Positions 36,043 to 44,874 of a stretch of DNA of 64,000 nt are shown here, piece after piece. The DNA comes from an uncultured virus (IMG/VR IMGVR_UViG_3300026078_000030). Its lineage: Duplodnaviria > Heunggongvirae > Uroviricota > Caudoviricetes. Each line of letters begins with the position of its first letter. Position 1 is the first letter of the stretch. A model generated the notes under the pieces. That model made no database searches. It was given only the letters and a program-made list of their open reading frames with translations, and was not told where the DNA came from. The position numbers were made by a program, and so were the translations under genes. Location: IMG/VR virus record IMGVR_UViG_3300026078_000030. The stretch is one strand, 5' to 3'.

Positions 36043-36471
36043 TTATGGGTGTGAAAATCCGGGATCTCCGGTGATGTCGATGTCGAATTTGCCCTTGAGC
36101 CCGCTGCCCATGTCGACTGTGACTCCGAATCCGACAGCCGCAGCAGTGAAAGCCATAACCGTCGTTCCGGCATCAACGAACGTCAGCGACATGGCATTCT
36201 GCGCGGCAGGGGTCGTCGAATAGCCCATGAGCCCGGTCAGGAACTTATGCCCGGCGAGATTCGGGTCATAGAACAGCTCGCCGGAGATTGCGCCGGGCGC
36301 TGAATATCCGGTAAGATCGAGCGTGTCGAAGACAGGGCCATCCAGCGTATTGGAATCATATGTATGCGCCTTCGCCCCGGAGTGCTCCAGGGAAATGACC
36401 TGCGCGACGGCGGTAAGCGATGCCGAGATGGTCTGCTTGAGCGTGGTGCCTTTGCTGACGACTTTTGCCAT
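36043..36471 (-). CDS. Major tail tube protein
   Basis: Position; GTTLK...GAISGELFYDP...ITGDP. Confidence 0.75.
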   Translation of the reverse strand: MAKVVSKGTTLKQTISASLTAVAQVISLEHSGAKAHTYDSNTLDGPVFDTLDLTGYSAPGAISGELFYDPNLAGHKFLTGLMGYSTTPAAQNAMSLTFVDAGTTVMAFTAAAVGFGVTVDMGSGLKGKFDIDITGDPGFSHP

Positions 36472-36484
36472 GACTCAAGACTCC

Positions 36485-36901
36485 TTAAAGTGTGACGCCC
36501 GTGGCGATTGGAACAACTTGCAGAACCGTCGTGCTGGACGCCCAGCCGACAAGGCAGGGAATGAATCCGGTCGTGTAATCCGAAACGAGCGTGATGGCTC
36601 CCGCTGTATCCGAGAGAATGTAGAATTTTCCGGCGACCAGCGTCCCGCCGATCGTGATGGGGCCAGCGCTCAAATAGTCCACCGGCTGGCCAGTCAGCGC
36701 GGCGTGCAACGCGAAGCCAGCAAACGTCGCCGTCAATGTGGTCCCGTTTCCGTCAGCCAGCTTGAGCACGCTGCCGTTGGCCGTGTCGATGTACAGGGCT
36801 TGTCCGGCAGTGATCGAAGCGCCGGCAGTCCCGAGAACTGTCGTAGCGCCAGAGCCCTTGAGCACCGATGCCGCAGTGATCGAAACATCATTGGCTGCCA
36901 T
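36485..36901 (-). CDS. Virion decoration-type protein
   Basis: AGASITAGQALY...LKLAD...GFALHAA. Confidence 0.55.
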   Translation of the reverse strand: MAANDVSITAASVLKGSGATTVLGTAGASITAGQALYIDTANGSVLKLADGNGTTLTATFAGFALHAALTGQPVDYLSAGPITIGGTLVAGKFYILSDTAGAITLVSDYTTGFIPCLVGWASSTTVLQVVPIATGVTL

Positions 36902-36903
36902 TG

Positions 36904-37350
36904 TTATGTCCCATTCGTTGGCTGATGCTGGATCGTTACCGAAATCGACTGCACATGTTGCCTCTGATCGCCGCCCTGTTCCTCGACAACTTTGTCATAT
37001 CTGCGGCTCTCAAAAATCACTGCCTTGATCGTGTCGCTTGGCCCTGCCGGTCCCGTGTAATCCTTGATGAAACTCTCAACCAAATCTCCTAGTTGTTCTG
37101 CCTCGGGGAAACTCCGCGAATAGCAGTCGAAATCGAACTCGTTGGACCGGAGCCCGTAAGTACCGTCGAGGGCGACAAGCGGATCCAGATCGGTCTGGCT
37201 GATGAGCACGAATGCAGGCACGACGCCTTGCGATGGATATTCATTGAAGACTCCCGAAAATGTGATTCCGCCGATCTTGCGCGGTTTGGCAATCGCCGTG
37301 ATGTCCGACCGCGTCAGAAGCAATGAGCGTAGTCCTGTGGTGATGGGCAT
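36904..37350 (-). CDS. Tail terminator (DUF3168-like)
   Basis: Position; FDFDCYS. Confidence 0.7.
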   Translation of the reverse strand: MPITTGLRSLLLTRSDITAIAKPRKIGGITFSGVFNEYPSQGVVPAFVLISQTDLDPLVALDGTYGLRSNEFDFDCYSRSFPEAEQLGDLVESFIKDYTGPAGPSDTIKAVIFESRRYDKVVEEQGGDQRQHVQSISVTIQHQPTNGT

Positions 37351-37875
37351 TCATGGCCTCGCCAGCCCCGCGAGTTTTTGTCGTGCCACGTCGATAATCT
37401 TCTGCATGACGCTGGCTTCAGAGCGCTGGAAGCCATCTTGGATGGGGTTCATCTGCGGCGGCATTGATCCTGTCGAACGCCCGCTCTTTTTCTGCGTGCG
37501 GTTCTTCGTTCCCAGGATGAACCACATTATATTCCGTGCGCCGATGCCGACTCCCGGCCGATTGCCGCGCTTGGCTTTCTGCTTCTCGGCCTGCGCTGCG
37601 ATCCGCTTGGCCTTCATTCCGACAGCAGCCCCCGCCTTGGCCATGACGGTTCCCGTGCGCTGGCTCTTGCCGAACCGGGAGCCGATCGCTTTCTTGGCAT
37701 CCTTCATGTTTGCCGGAACAGCCGCCTTCATCGCCTTGGCAGCGGCGCGCAGTCCGGCCGAGATCGCCGGGCGCATGACTTTCTTGACGGCCCCGGCTTC
37801 CATGCTAGCCAGTATCTTGTCGATCGCCTTGTCGCCGGTCACGAGGTTCACGAGCCCTCCTTGACTTCGATGCAA
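37351..37875 (-). CDS. HK97 gp10-like neck protein
   Basis: Basic; position; WFILGTK. Confidence 0.65.
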   Translation of the reverse strand: MHRSQGGLVNLVTGDKAIDKILASMEAGAVKKVMRPAISAGLRAAAKAMKAAVPANMKDAKKAIGSRFGKSQRTGTVMAKAGAAVGMKAKRIAAQAEKQKAKRGNRPGVGIGARNIMWFILGTKNRTQKKSGRSTGSMPPQMNPIQDGFQRSEASVMQKIIDVARQKLAGLARP

Positions 37876-38228
37876 GCGAAGACGAGGGAATGGTCGTTCT
37901 CGTCGATGTTGCGCGGCGGTTCGGCAATGTTCAGGGTGCGACCCTTGAACACGATCTTCATCTTCTCTGTGATTCTGCTTGAATCGCTGTTGAACAACAT
38001 TTCGACCTGGTGGGTGATGTCTGCTGCCACCTGCTCCCGGCGAAAGAACTCCCTGCTTCCGCGCGGATTAACGGAGCACCACTGGCGGGTAAATATTTCC
38101 CAGTTTGTTGAATCGCTCTCATCGACATGGCCGCTGGCATCCGGCACGGATGACGTTTTCAGGCGCTTCACAATCACCAGATCATTGCGGACTCCGGCGG
38201 GCGCAGGTGTAAGTTGCGGTGCATACAT
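37848..38228 (-). CDS. Head closure / head-tail adaptor
   Basis: WCSVNPRGSREF...ITEKMKIVFKGRTLNI. Confidence 0.8.
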   Translation of the reverse strand: MYAPQLTPAPAGVRNDLVIVKRLKTSSVPDASGHVDESDSTNWEIFTRQWCSVNPRGSREFFRREQVAADITHQVEMLFNSDSSRITEKMKIVFKGRTLNIAEPPRNIDENDHSLVFACIEVKEGS

Positions 38229-38833
38229 CAGTAAAACGTCCTGTAACTGTTCAGGTCCAAGAGCGCTTTGGCTGCAAATGCGATTTCCCCTGTCGCCATT
38301 CCCGTCGCTTCCCGGTTGCGATACCAATGTGCGACGAGAAGCAGAATCGCCTGCCGAGTCGTTATCGGCACGGAATCGCCAGTCGAGCCCCAACCTGTGA
38401 CGTAGGTCACTGTGACATCGTTGATGTAGCAGCGAGTGGCGGGCCACGGCAGAGTGAATGCCGGGACGATTCTGGCGGGCTTGGAATAAACGTCGGCAGT
38501 ATATTGCGTCGTCGGAGTGAGCGTCTGCGTGGCGCCCGACGTGTCCACATATTGAAGCGTTGTGACTGACTGCACTGGATTCGGCCACAGTTCGATCGCT
38601 TTCCCGCAGGGGAACCGATCCAGCCGCATTACATGCGTAGCCGAGATAAGCTGCGACCACTGATATTCCTGCGCATAGGCAGTAGCGGCAGCAATCAGCG
38701 ATTGAACCTCTGTGTCCTCGTCCGATCCGCTGATCCGCGCATGCAGCTTCGCCTCGTCCAGCGTCACGGGATAATCCGTGGGTGCTGTCGAGACGACAAC
38801 CGATTCTGGCTTGAGGTGCGGATAAGGATACAA
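38228..38833 (-). CDS. Head-tail connector (gp6-like)
   Basis: PVTLDEAKLHARI...AILLLVAHWYRNRE. Confidence 0.88.
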   Translation of the reverse strand: MYPYPHLKPESVVVSTAPTDYPVTLDEAKLHARISGSDEDTEVQSLIAAATAYAQEYQWSQLISATHVMRLDRFPCGKAIELWPNPVQSVTTLQYVDTSGATQTLTPTTQYTADVYSKPARIVPAFTLPWPATRCYINDVTVTYVTGWGSTGDSVPITTRQAILLLVAHWYRNREATGMATGEIAFAAKALLDLNSYRTFY

Positions 38834-38839
38834 TGATCG

Positions 38840-39988
38840 TCAGTCTCGCTTTTGCGTTTCCGGGTAATTGCGTTTTCGCCATTCGCCAACGTGATAGTGC
38901 TGCGGCTGCATGTGCGCGTCGAACTCCGACACCATCAATTCCAGGTGGCCAATGCTCACGTCCGGCGCGACATAGATGTTTTTCCCGGCCAGCCGCCACT
39001 GGTGCCAGAACCAGATATCGTCATCCAGTTTGTTGTCGTTCCATTCGCCGTTGATATCGGGCTGTCCCTTAAACCACGGCTTGGGAATGTCCCGCAGGGC
39101 GTCGACGCGGAGCAGAGTCAGCCCGAAGTGGGCCGTCGTCACGAGCATCGGTTCCCAGCCGACTTCTGTTTCCTTTTGGCCCGCCACGGTCATCAGCGGA
39201 TAGTGCTGGCCGCGGCGCATCTGGATTGGAGCCAGCGCATCAATGTCCGGGCGCTTGCCGAACCAATCCATCATGCGACTCAGATGTTCCGGCTTGACCA
39301 TCGAGTCATAGTCAATCGCCAGAATCCAGTCGATTCCGTCCTCCAGGGCTTCGCTGAAGGCTCGCTGCATACACTGGCCCCAGAACACGCCGTCAAACGT
39401 GCTGATGGGGATCTTGAACGGCCGCAGCGTGTCGACGATCGTCTGCCAGGCGTTGTTCCAGCCAATGCGCGGAACGGACATGACGGCGCGGATCTTGACT
39501 TCCTGCGTCTCGGGTTCGCTTGGCTGCGGCTTGAACGCCTCCAGATTGAGGCTGATCGGATGCGCCGCTGTGTCAGTATTCGGAGATTCCCAATGATTGA
39601 TGTTCACGAGCCCGGCATTGACGAGATACGCCGCAAGTCGCCCTTCGTCGAACACGGATCGGTGAAAGTCTTCGTCGTTCTCCTGGCCACCCATGAGGTA
39701 GTACGGCCATGCTGGATCAAGGTCGGCAGTGCTGGAAATCTTGGCGAAGTCGGGGACACTCAGGCGAATTCTTCCGCCCGGCCTCAGAACGCGCTTCCAT
39801 TCCTCCAGCGCCTTTGGGACGTCCCGAAACGAAAGGTGCTCCAGCATGTGCGAGCAGCGGATCTCGTCGACGGAATCGTCCGCATACTGCGGCAGCGGGA
39901 ATGCTTCGGTTCCGAATCGACGGTCGATTGGCGTCCATCCTGGAATTATTGTCGGCCCTGCGCCGATATTCAGCTTGATCTCGCTCAC
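38840..39988 (-). CDS. SAM methyltransferase fused to a glycosyltransferase-like domain
   Basis: KLNIGAG, SHMLEH, RVLRPGG; IDYD, HFGLTL, DDDIWF. Confidence 0.7.
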   Translation of the reverse strand: MSEIKLNIGAGPTIIPGWTPIDRRFGTEAFPLPQYADDSVDEIRCSHMLEHLSFRDVPKALEEWKRVLRPGGRIRLSVPDFAKISSTADLDPAWPYYLMGGQENDEDFHRSVFDEGRLAAYLVNAGLVNINHWESPNTDTAAHPISLNLEAFKPQPSEPETQEVKIRAVMSVPRIGWNNAWQTIVDTLRPFKIPISTFDGVFWGQCMQRAFSEALEDGIDWILAIDYDSMVKPEHLSRMMDWFGKRPDIDALAPIQMRRGQHYPLMTVAGQKETEVGWEPMLVTTAHFGLTLLRVDALRDIPKPWFKGQPDINGEWNDNKLDDDIWFWHQWRLAGKNIYVAPDVSIGHLELMVSEFDAHMQPQHYHVGEWRKRNYPETQKRD

Positions 39989-40590
39989 AGAATCTCCGTC
40001 GCCGCAAACAGTAGATTGCAAATCGTTTTCGCGAGCGGTTCGTATCCTTTCTCGCGCCCCAATCTCTCAATTGCCTTGAATGTCGCCTGCCCCTGGCCGT
40101 CCGGTTCCGGCGTCCAGTCGGGCTTGTTTTCTGATCCGTAATCGAACTCGACCAATAACAACCGCGGCCGAAAATTTTCGAGCCCGTCCCAAATCCAGTA
40201 ATCCTGTCCGTCAATGTCGATAACCCCGAAGTCGATGTCTGCCGGCACTCCGCATTCAGCTAGAATCAGATCGAGCGAACGCGGTGTGATGTGCTTCGGG
40301 ATCGTCCAGATTGTTTCACTGCGGATTTTTTGCAGCCGGTCGTACTGCTCTGCGTCTCCTTCGATGAGTACAGTTTTCCAGCCTTGCTCGCGGAGCCGCG
40401 CCGTGTTCGAGAAAAAGGTTCCGTCAGCAGCGCCAACCTCGAAACACCAGCGATTGACAGACCCGAAATTTTCAAGACACGCCTCGATCAGCCCGTCTTC
40501 GCCGAACTGGCTGGTATAGTTAGCCCCGCGGCCGACCAAAAAGCCGGCGCGGGGCGATAAAATCTCGATCCCGTTGCCGTAAGGGACCAT
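39985..40590 (-). CDS. FkbM-like methyltransferase
   Basis: SQFGEDG, FEVGAADG, IDIDGQDY. Confidence 0.75.
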   Translation of the reverse strand: MVPYGNGIEILSPRAGFLVGRGANYTSQFGEDGLIEACLENFGSVNRWCFEVGAADGTFFSNTARLREQGWKTVLIEGDAEQYDRLQKIRSETIWTIPKHITPRSLDLILAECGVPADIDFGVIDIDGQDYWIWDGLENFRPRLLLVEFDYGSENKPDWTPEPDGQGQATFKAIERLGREKGYEPLAKTICNLLFAATEIL

Positions 40591-41033
40591 TACTTCGTAA
40601 ACGCCGTGTCGTTCGTCGAGCCGATGAGCGCAGCCGTTCCGGGACTCGAAACTGCCAGTCGCCCAGTAATGCCAATGGCGCTGGCGGTGACGTTGTCATT
40701 GGTCGCAGTCGCCGTGGTCAGCGACAGACGCAAGTATCTCTTGCGCGTCTTCGTATCGACGTTCCAGACGATCTGGTGCGCTGTCGTGATATCGTGCGCC
40801 GTCAGGCTTAAATTGGAATCAAACGTGGCGAAGTTCGTCACCGTCGTATCGTCCGATTCGAGCAGCTTGATCGTCGGGCCAACGGCGCTCGTGTTAATCG
40901 CCGATGCCAGAGGAATGATGAACGTGGCATAGTCGGCGCCCAGCGTATCGAGATTCGCCGTGCGGGTCGCCGAGTTCGTCTGGCTCGCGGGAGCCAGCAG
41001 CATCGTGGTTTTTCGGTTCAGGGCACCAATCAT
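40590..41033 (-). CDS. Putative capsid decoration protein
   Basis: Follows the MCP; KRYLRL. Confidence 0.55.
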   Translation of the reverse strand: MIGALNRKTTMLLAPASQTNSATRTANLDTLGADYATFIIPLASAINTSAVGPTIKLLESDDTTVTNFATFDSNLSLTAHDITTAHQIVWNVDTKTRKRYLRLSLTTATATNDNVTASAIGITGRLAVSSPGTAALIGSTNDTAFTK

Positions 41034-41235
41034 CAGACAGTCTCCTTCTGGGATCGACGGGTTTTTGGTTTCTCGGCTTCTGTAACTTCGTCAGCGACCC
41101 ATTCGGCCGTATGTTTGTGATTGACCAGCGCATCCATGACTCCGTAGTCCAGGGTCGAGACAATCGCCCCCGACTTGAACTGATGCCAGTCACGAGTAAA
41201 CCGAATGGATCTCTGCATGATTTCCCTCGCTACGA

Positions 41236-42741
41236 TCAGGCGGTGGCAAGCCCGACGATCGGGCCTGCCGCGGACGCCGTTCCGCAGCCGTGGACGTTCA
41301 AGTCAAACCGCTCCGTGCCACGAATCGCGATCTGATTGCGCTCGAAAACGCTCTCGCTGTTGACGCTGGCGTGCTCGCTGAACGCAATCGAGGTCTGCAT
41401 ACGGTCTCCGAACACGGCTCCCAGCGAGAAGTCGCCCAGGAGGCACATGACACCCGTCGTAGCGGTTGCGGACGGCATGACCTGCGAGAACGTGACCGGA
41501 TATCCCAGGAACAATGGACGCGGGCGGCGATCGCCGACAGAGACTTCGTTCGCCGTCACGCCGCCGGCAGCCAGTTCCAGCTTCTGCATGACCTGTGCGT
41601 AGAAGGTCTTGTGGGCGACCCAGGTCGTATTCGGAGTGTCCGCAAACTGCGGGAGCACGCTCACGACCTTGTTGAAGTCCGCCAGAACCATTGCAGACCA
41701 TGTGTTACTGCTCCCCTGGATGACCTTGCCGAGCGAGTCGGTTCCCGCATTGTCAACATCGTCAAGCTGCTTGGTGCAACCATAGATGCCGGCGTAGGTG
41801 CTGGTTCCGTCTCCGACGAATCCGCAGAGGTCCTCTTTGTTGGAGAAGGCATATGACATTTCGCCGGCGAGCGTGTCGCCGATGCTGATAACGGCGTCCA
41901 TCGACAATTGAGCCGACATGCGCGAGAGGCACACGAGGTCTTTGGCGATGAGCTGCACGTCCTGCCATGTCATATTGGATTCGGTGGCAGCGGCATTTTC
42001 CGCGACGAAATAGGCCGTCAAGCCCGTCAGCCGCTTGGGAATGTGCTTCGTGTCGCTCGTCATCGCCTCGCGGCCGAACAATTGCCGCACGATGCCATAG
42101 CGTTCGCGGAGCACGATTAGGTCGGAAGAGAATTCTTCGGGAACCAAGACGTTTCCGCCGGTCGTGCCGTCGGTTTCCCCGTGGGCCGTATTGAGCACGT
42201 CGCCCATGTAGTTGCTGACGAACTCGCGGGCCTGCCGGAAGTTGTACCGACCGGGCAAGTCCTGCGCCAACTTGGCCAGCGCCCACATGCCGAACCGATA
42301 GGCACGCTCGTTACCGTTCATCCCGTCGATGACGCCGGTGAAATTCCGGGGGGAACCGACGCGGAGGGCTCGGGCGGGGATCTTGAACCGGACGCGGGCT
42401 TCGCCGTTGTCGGCCGTATTCGGGTCAACCTGCTGGCCGGGAACCGTCTTGACGATCTGGGCAGCGGGAGCAGCCGCGGCGGCAGCCGCACGGCGGGGCA
42501 GGACGGCCGGCTGGAGCAGTTCGGCGCGGCCGGCACGCGAGGCACGCATTTCAGCGTCCTTTTCGAGCTGCAACTTCTCGGCAATCAAGGCGTCGAATTC
42601 GCCCTTGAGCGTGGCGTAAGATTCGCGCTGCTCCTGAGAAAACTGGCCGCTGTTTTCCAATTCTGCGGAACGTTCGATTTCGTCCTGCGCGGTGTCGATT
42701 TCGCGGCAACGGGCGATGATTTCCTGAATGCGTTTTTCCAC
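41236..42741 (-). CDS. Major capsid protein (HK97 fold)
   Basis: Coiled-coil delta domain; GGNVLVPEE; LFLGYPV; FERNQIAIRGTERFD. Confidence 0.93.
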   Translation of the reverse strand: MEKRIQEIIARCREIDTAQDEIERSAELENSGQFSQEQRESYATLKGEFDALIAEKLQLEKDAEMRASRAGRAELLQPAVLPRRAAAAAAAPAAQIVKTVPGQQVDPNTADNGEARVRFKIPARALRVGSPRNFTGVIDGMNGNERAYRFGMWALAKLAQDLPGRYNFRQAREFVSNYMGDVLNTAHGETDGTTGGNVLVPEEFSSDLIVLRERYGIVRQLFGREAMTSDTKHIPKRLTGLTAYFVAENAAATESNMTWQDVQLIAKDLVCLSRMSAQLSMDAVISIGDTLAGEMSYAFSNKEDLCGFVGDGTSTYAGIYGCTKQLDDVDNAGTDSLGKVIQGSSNTWSAMVLADFNKVVSVLPQFADTPNTTWVAHKTFYAQVMQKLELAAGGVTANEVSVGDRRPRPLFLGYPVTFSQVMPSATATTGVMCLLGDFSLGAVFGDRMQTSIAFSEHASVNSESVFERNQIAIRGTERFDLNVHGCGTASAAGPIVGLATA

Positions 42742-42956
42742 GGCTGTTCTCCGGTTTAAGCCGGTGACAGCCGCGAAAATGAAAACGCCGGCGAGGCACC
42801 GGCAGGTTTCTGATTGAAACTCTGTCGGTAACTCGCCGGCGCAGTCGCGTCAGTCGGAGCTAATTTCCTGCGATCCCATGTGCCGCAGTCGCGTCACCAA
42901 GAATCGGCGGATTTGTGTGTTGACGATCAGTTTCGTTTCAGGCGAAACCTTGTCAA
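42742..42956 (-). promoter_or_regulatory. Structured capsid-gene leader
   Basis: TTGACA at 42951-42956, 13-bp direct repeats, long terminator hairpin, RBS-sequestering hairpin. Confidence 0.6.
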
Positions 42957-43099
42957 GCGGTCTTTCTAAGAATTTTGTTCACGGTGTTCTTCGAGACAGC
43001 GACACATCGAGCAATCTCCTTCGCCGGCTGTCCAGCGCGTGCCATTTCGACGATGCGTTGACGCTCACGGTCAGTCAGCGGCCTCCCAGGCGTGGCCAT
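42953..43099 (-). CDS. 48-aa HTH protein (absent from the ORF track)
   Basis: MATPGRPLTDRERQRIVEMARAGQPAKEIARCVAVSKNTVNKILRKTA. Confidence 0.7.
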   Translation of the reverse strand: MATPGRPLTDRERQRIVEMARAGQPAKEIARCVAVSKNTVNKILRKTA

Positions 43100-43295
43100 T
43101 CCTAGTCCTCCAGAGTCGGTTCTGCAATATGCGCTCGGTAATCCAGAACGCCCACCTTGAAATTCGACTCCATCCGCCGGACATAGGCCGCGAACGCCAG
43201 CTTGAGCTTGATCCGCTGGTTTCGCAGGCGCAGGTTCTCGCGCACGAGGCGGATGTTGTCCTCTTGGAAATCGGCTAGAAGCTGGTCCTGGGTTC

Positions 43296-44600
43296 TCATG
43301 CCACCTCCTCGCCCATCGGCATCAGGTCGTCTTCGCAGCAGTCCTCCAGCATGGTTCCGTCTGCCTGCATGACGCAGTACATATAGCCCAGAGTCGAGGA
43401 TCGGACTTCCCCTTGGCCGACCGGCTGACCGTCTTCCATGACCTTGACCATGTCGCCTACGTCATACATGGGACCGCCCTGCGCCAATGGCTTTGATCGG
43501 GAACCAGTCGATGCGTTCTCTTTCTGCGGCAGATGCGTCTCAAGATGGGCCTGCGCCTTGGCTCTGTCGGAAGCGGACATGCCCTGCACTTGGTTGAGCC
43601 GGGACAGTGCGGCGCGGACGCCTTCGAGGCTTGGTTTTCCTGCGCTCGAATGATTCGGGCCGAAGTGATGCCCCAGGTGCAGGTTTCCGAAGGACGCGAG
43701 GTCCGAATACCACGCGAAATATTTGGCGTACTGGCGTCGTTGCGAATCGTCCAGCGCAGCCCATCCCTTATCGGTGAAATCTTCGGCGCGGAGTTTGTTC
43801 CACGCCCCTTCGACGCCAGTTCCGTTTCCGCCTGGCGGGTTTTCGGGAACGACGTTTCTAGCTGCTGTCAGCGCCGTAGGGGCGAAGAGTTCGCGTCGGG
43901 AGCGAATTCGCTGCAACTTAGCCGACTCGACATAGGATAATCGCTGTTCGGCTTCGGATCGCAGGTCGGCAGCACCCATCGCAATCGGATTGCCGTTCTT
44001 CAGCGACAGAATCTCGTCGATAAATCCGGCATCCTTCGCCTCTCGCGCGGTAAATACCGTGCCGTCCGTCTTGCCCTTCATCAGCGACATGATCTTGTCA
44101 TAGGCTTTTCCGGTCTTGGCTTTGTAGGTCCGCGCGATCGCATCGTCAATCTTGGAGAGCCAGTTCTTCGCCTCATCCATCATGTCGACATTGCCGATGG
44201 CGATTACCGAGGCCCGATGGATGAACAGCTGCGCATTCTCGTACATTTGGAGTGGCTGGCCAGCCATTGCAATCACGCTGGCGGCCGATCCGGCCATTCC
44301 GTCAATGATGCACTTGACCGGCCCGTCGTGAGCCAGCAGGGCGTTGTGGATGGTGATTCCGTCATAGGCCAGACCGCCCGGCGAGTTCAGCCGCACATTG
44401 ACCGCTTTCCCCCGATTGGATCGCAGGAATGCAGAGATGCTGCGCGCGTCGCATCCCTCGAATTGGTCCCCGATCTCGCCGTAGATTTCAATTTCGGCCG
44501 GGTCGTCATTCGTTGCGTTCTTGATGCCCACCCTGAACGACTGCGAACTAGCCGCTTTCTGCGCTTCTGCGGAAAGCTGGATTTCGATTAACTGGCGCAT
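43296..44600 (-). CDS. ClpP-type prohead protease with C-terminal extension
   Basis: LNSPGG, GSAASVI, FIH, GFIDEI. Confidence 0.88.
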   Translation of the reverse strand: MRQLIEIQLSAEAQKAASSQSFRVGIKNATNDDPAEIEIYGEIGDQFEGCDARSISAFLRSNRGKAVNVRLNSPGGLAYDGITIHNALLAHDGPVKCIIDGMAGSAASVIAMAGQPLQMYENAQLFIHRASVIAIGNVDMMDEAKNWLSKIDDAIARTYKAKTGKAYDKIMSLMKGKTDGTVFTAREAKDAGFIDEILSLKNGNPIAMGAADLRSEAEQRLSYVESAKLQRIRSRRELFAPTALTAARNVVPENPPGGNGTGVEGAWNKLRAEDFTDKGWAALDDSQRRQYAKYFAWYSDLASFGNLHLGHHFGPNHSSAGKPSLEGVRAALSRLNQVQGMSASDRAKAQAHLETHLPQKENASTGSRSKPLAQGGPMYDVGDMVKVMEDGQPVGQGEVRSSTLGYMYCVMQADGTMLEDCCEDDLMPMGEEVA

Positions 44601-44874
44601 GTATCTGTCTCCTTTTTGATGACGTTTGCGGCATATTCGCCACCGAATGGCAATGTGACTACGTTTCCGGCTGGTCGTTCTTTTGGAGCAGGGGTTACTG
44701 ACCATCCATCGCGCTTCCATTGCGCGAGTTTATCTTCCATTTCTCGGCGCGCTTGCGATGCATCGAATTTAACCGCACGCTCAGGCCGGACGAATATTCG
44801 CCTGAGATATGGCCAAATTCCGTTCACTGCCGCGATTAACAGAAAGCGTGTGGGCACGAACCAATTAAGAGTTC

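Noticed and set aside
38852..40141. Long plus-strand ORFs opposite structural genes (also 17413-18351, 28248-29153)
   Set aside because: Shadow ORFs of GC-rich minus-strand genes, with no motifs
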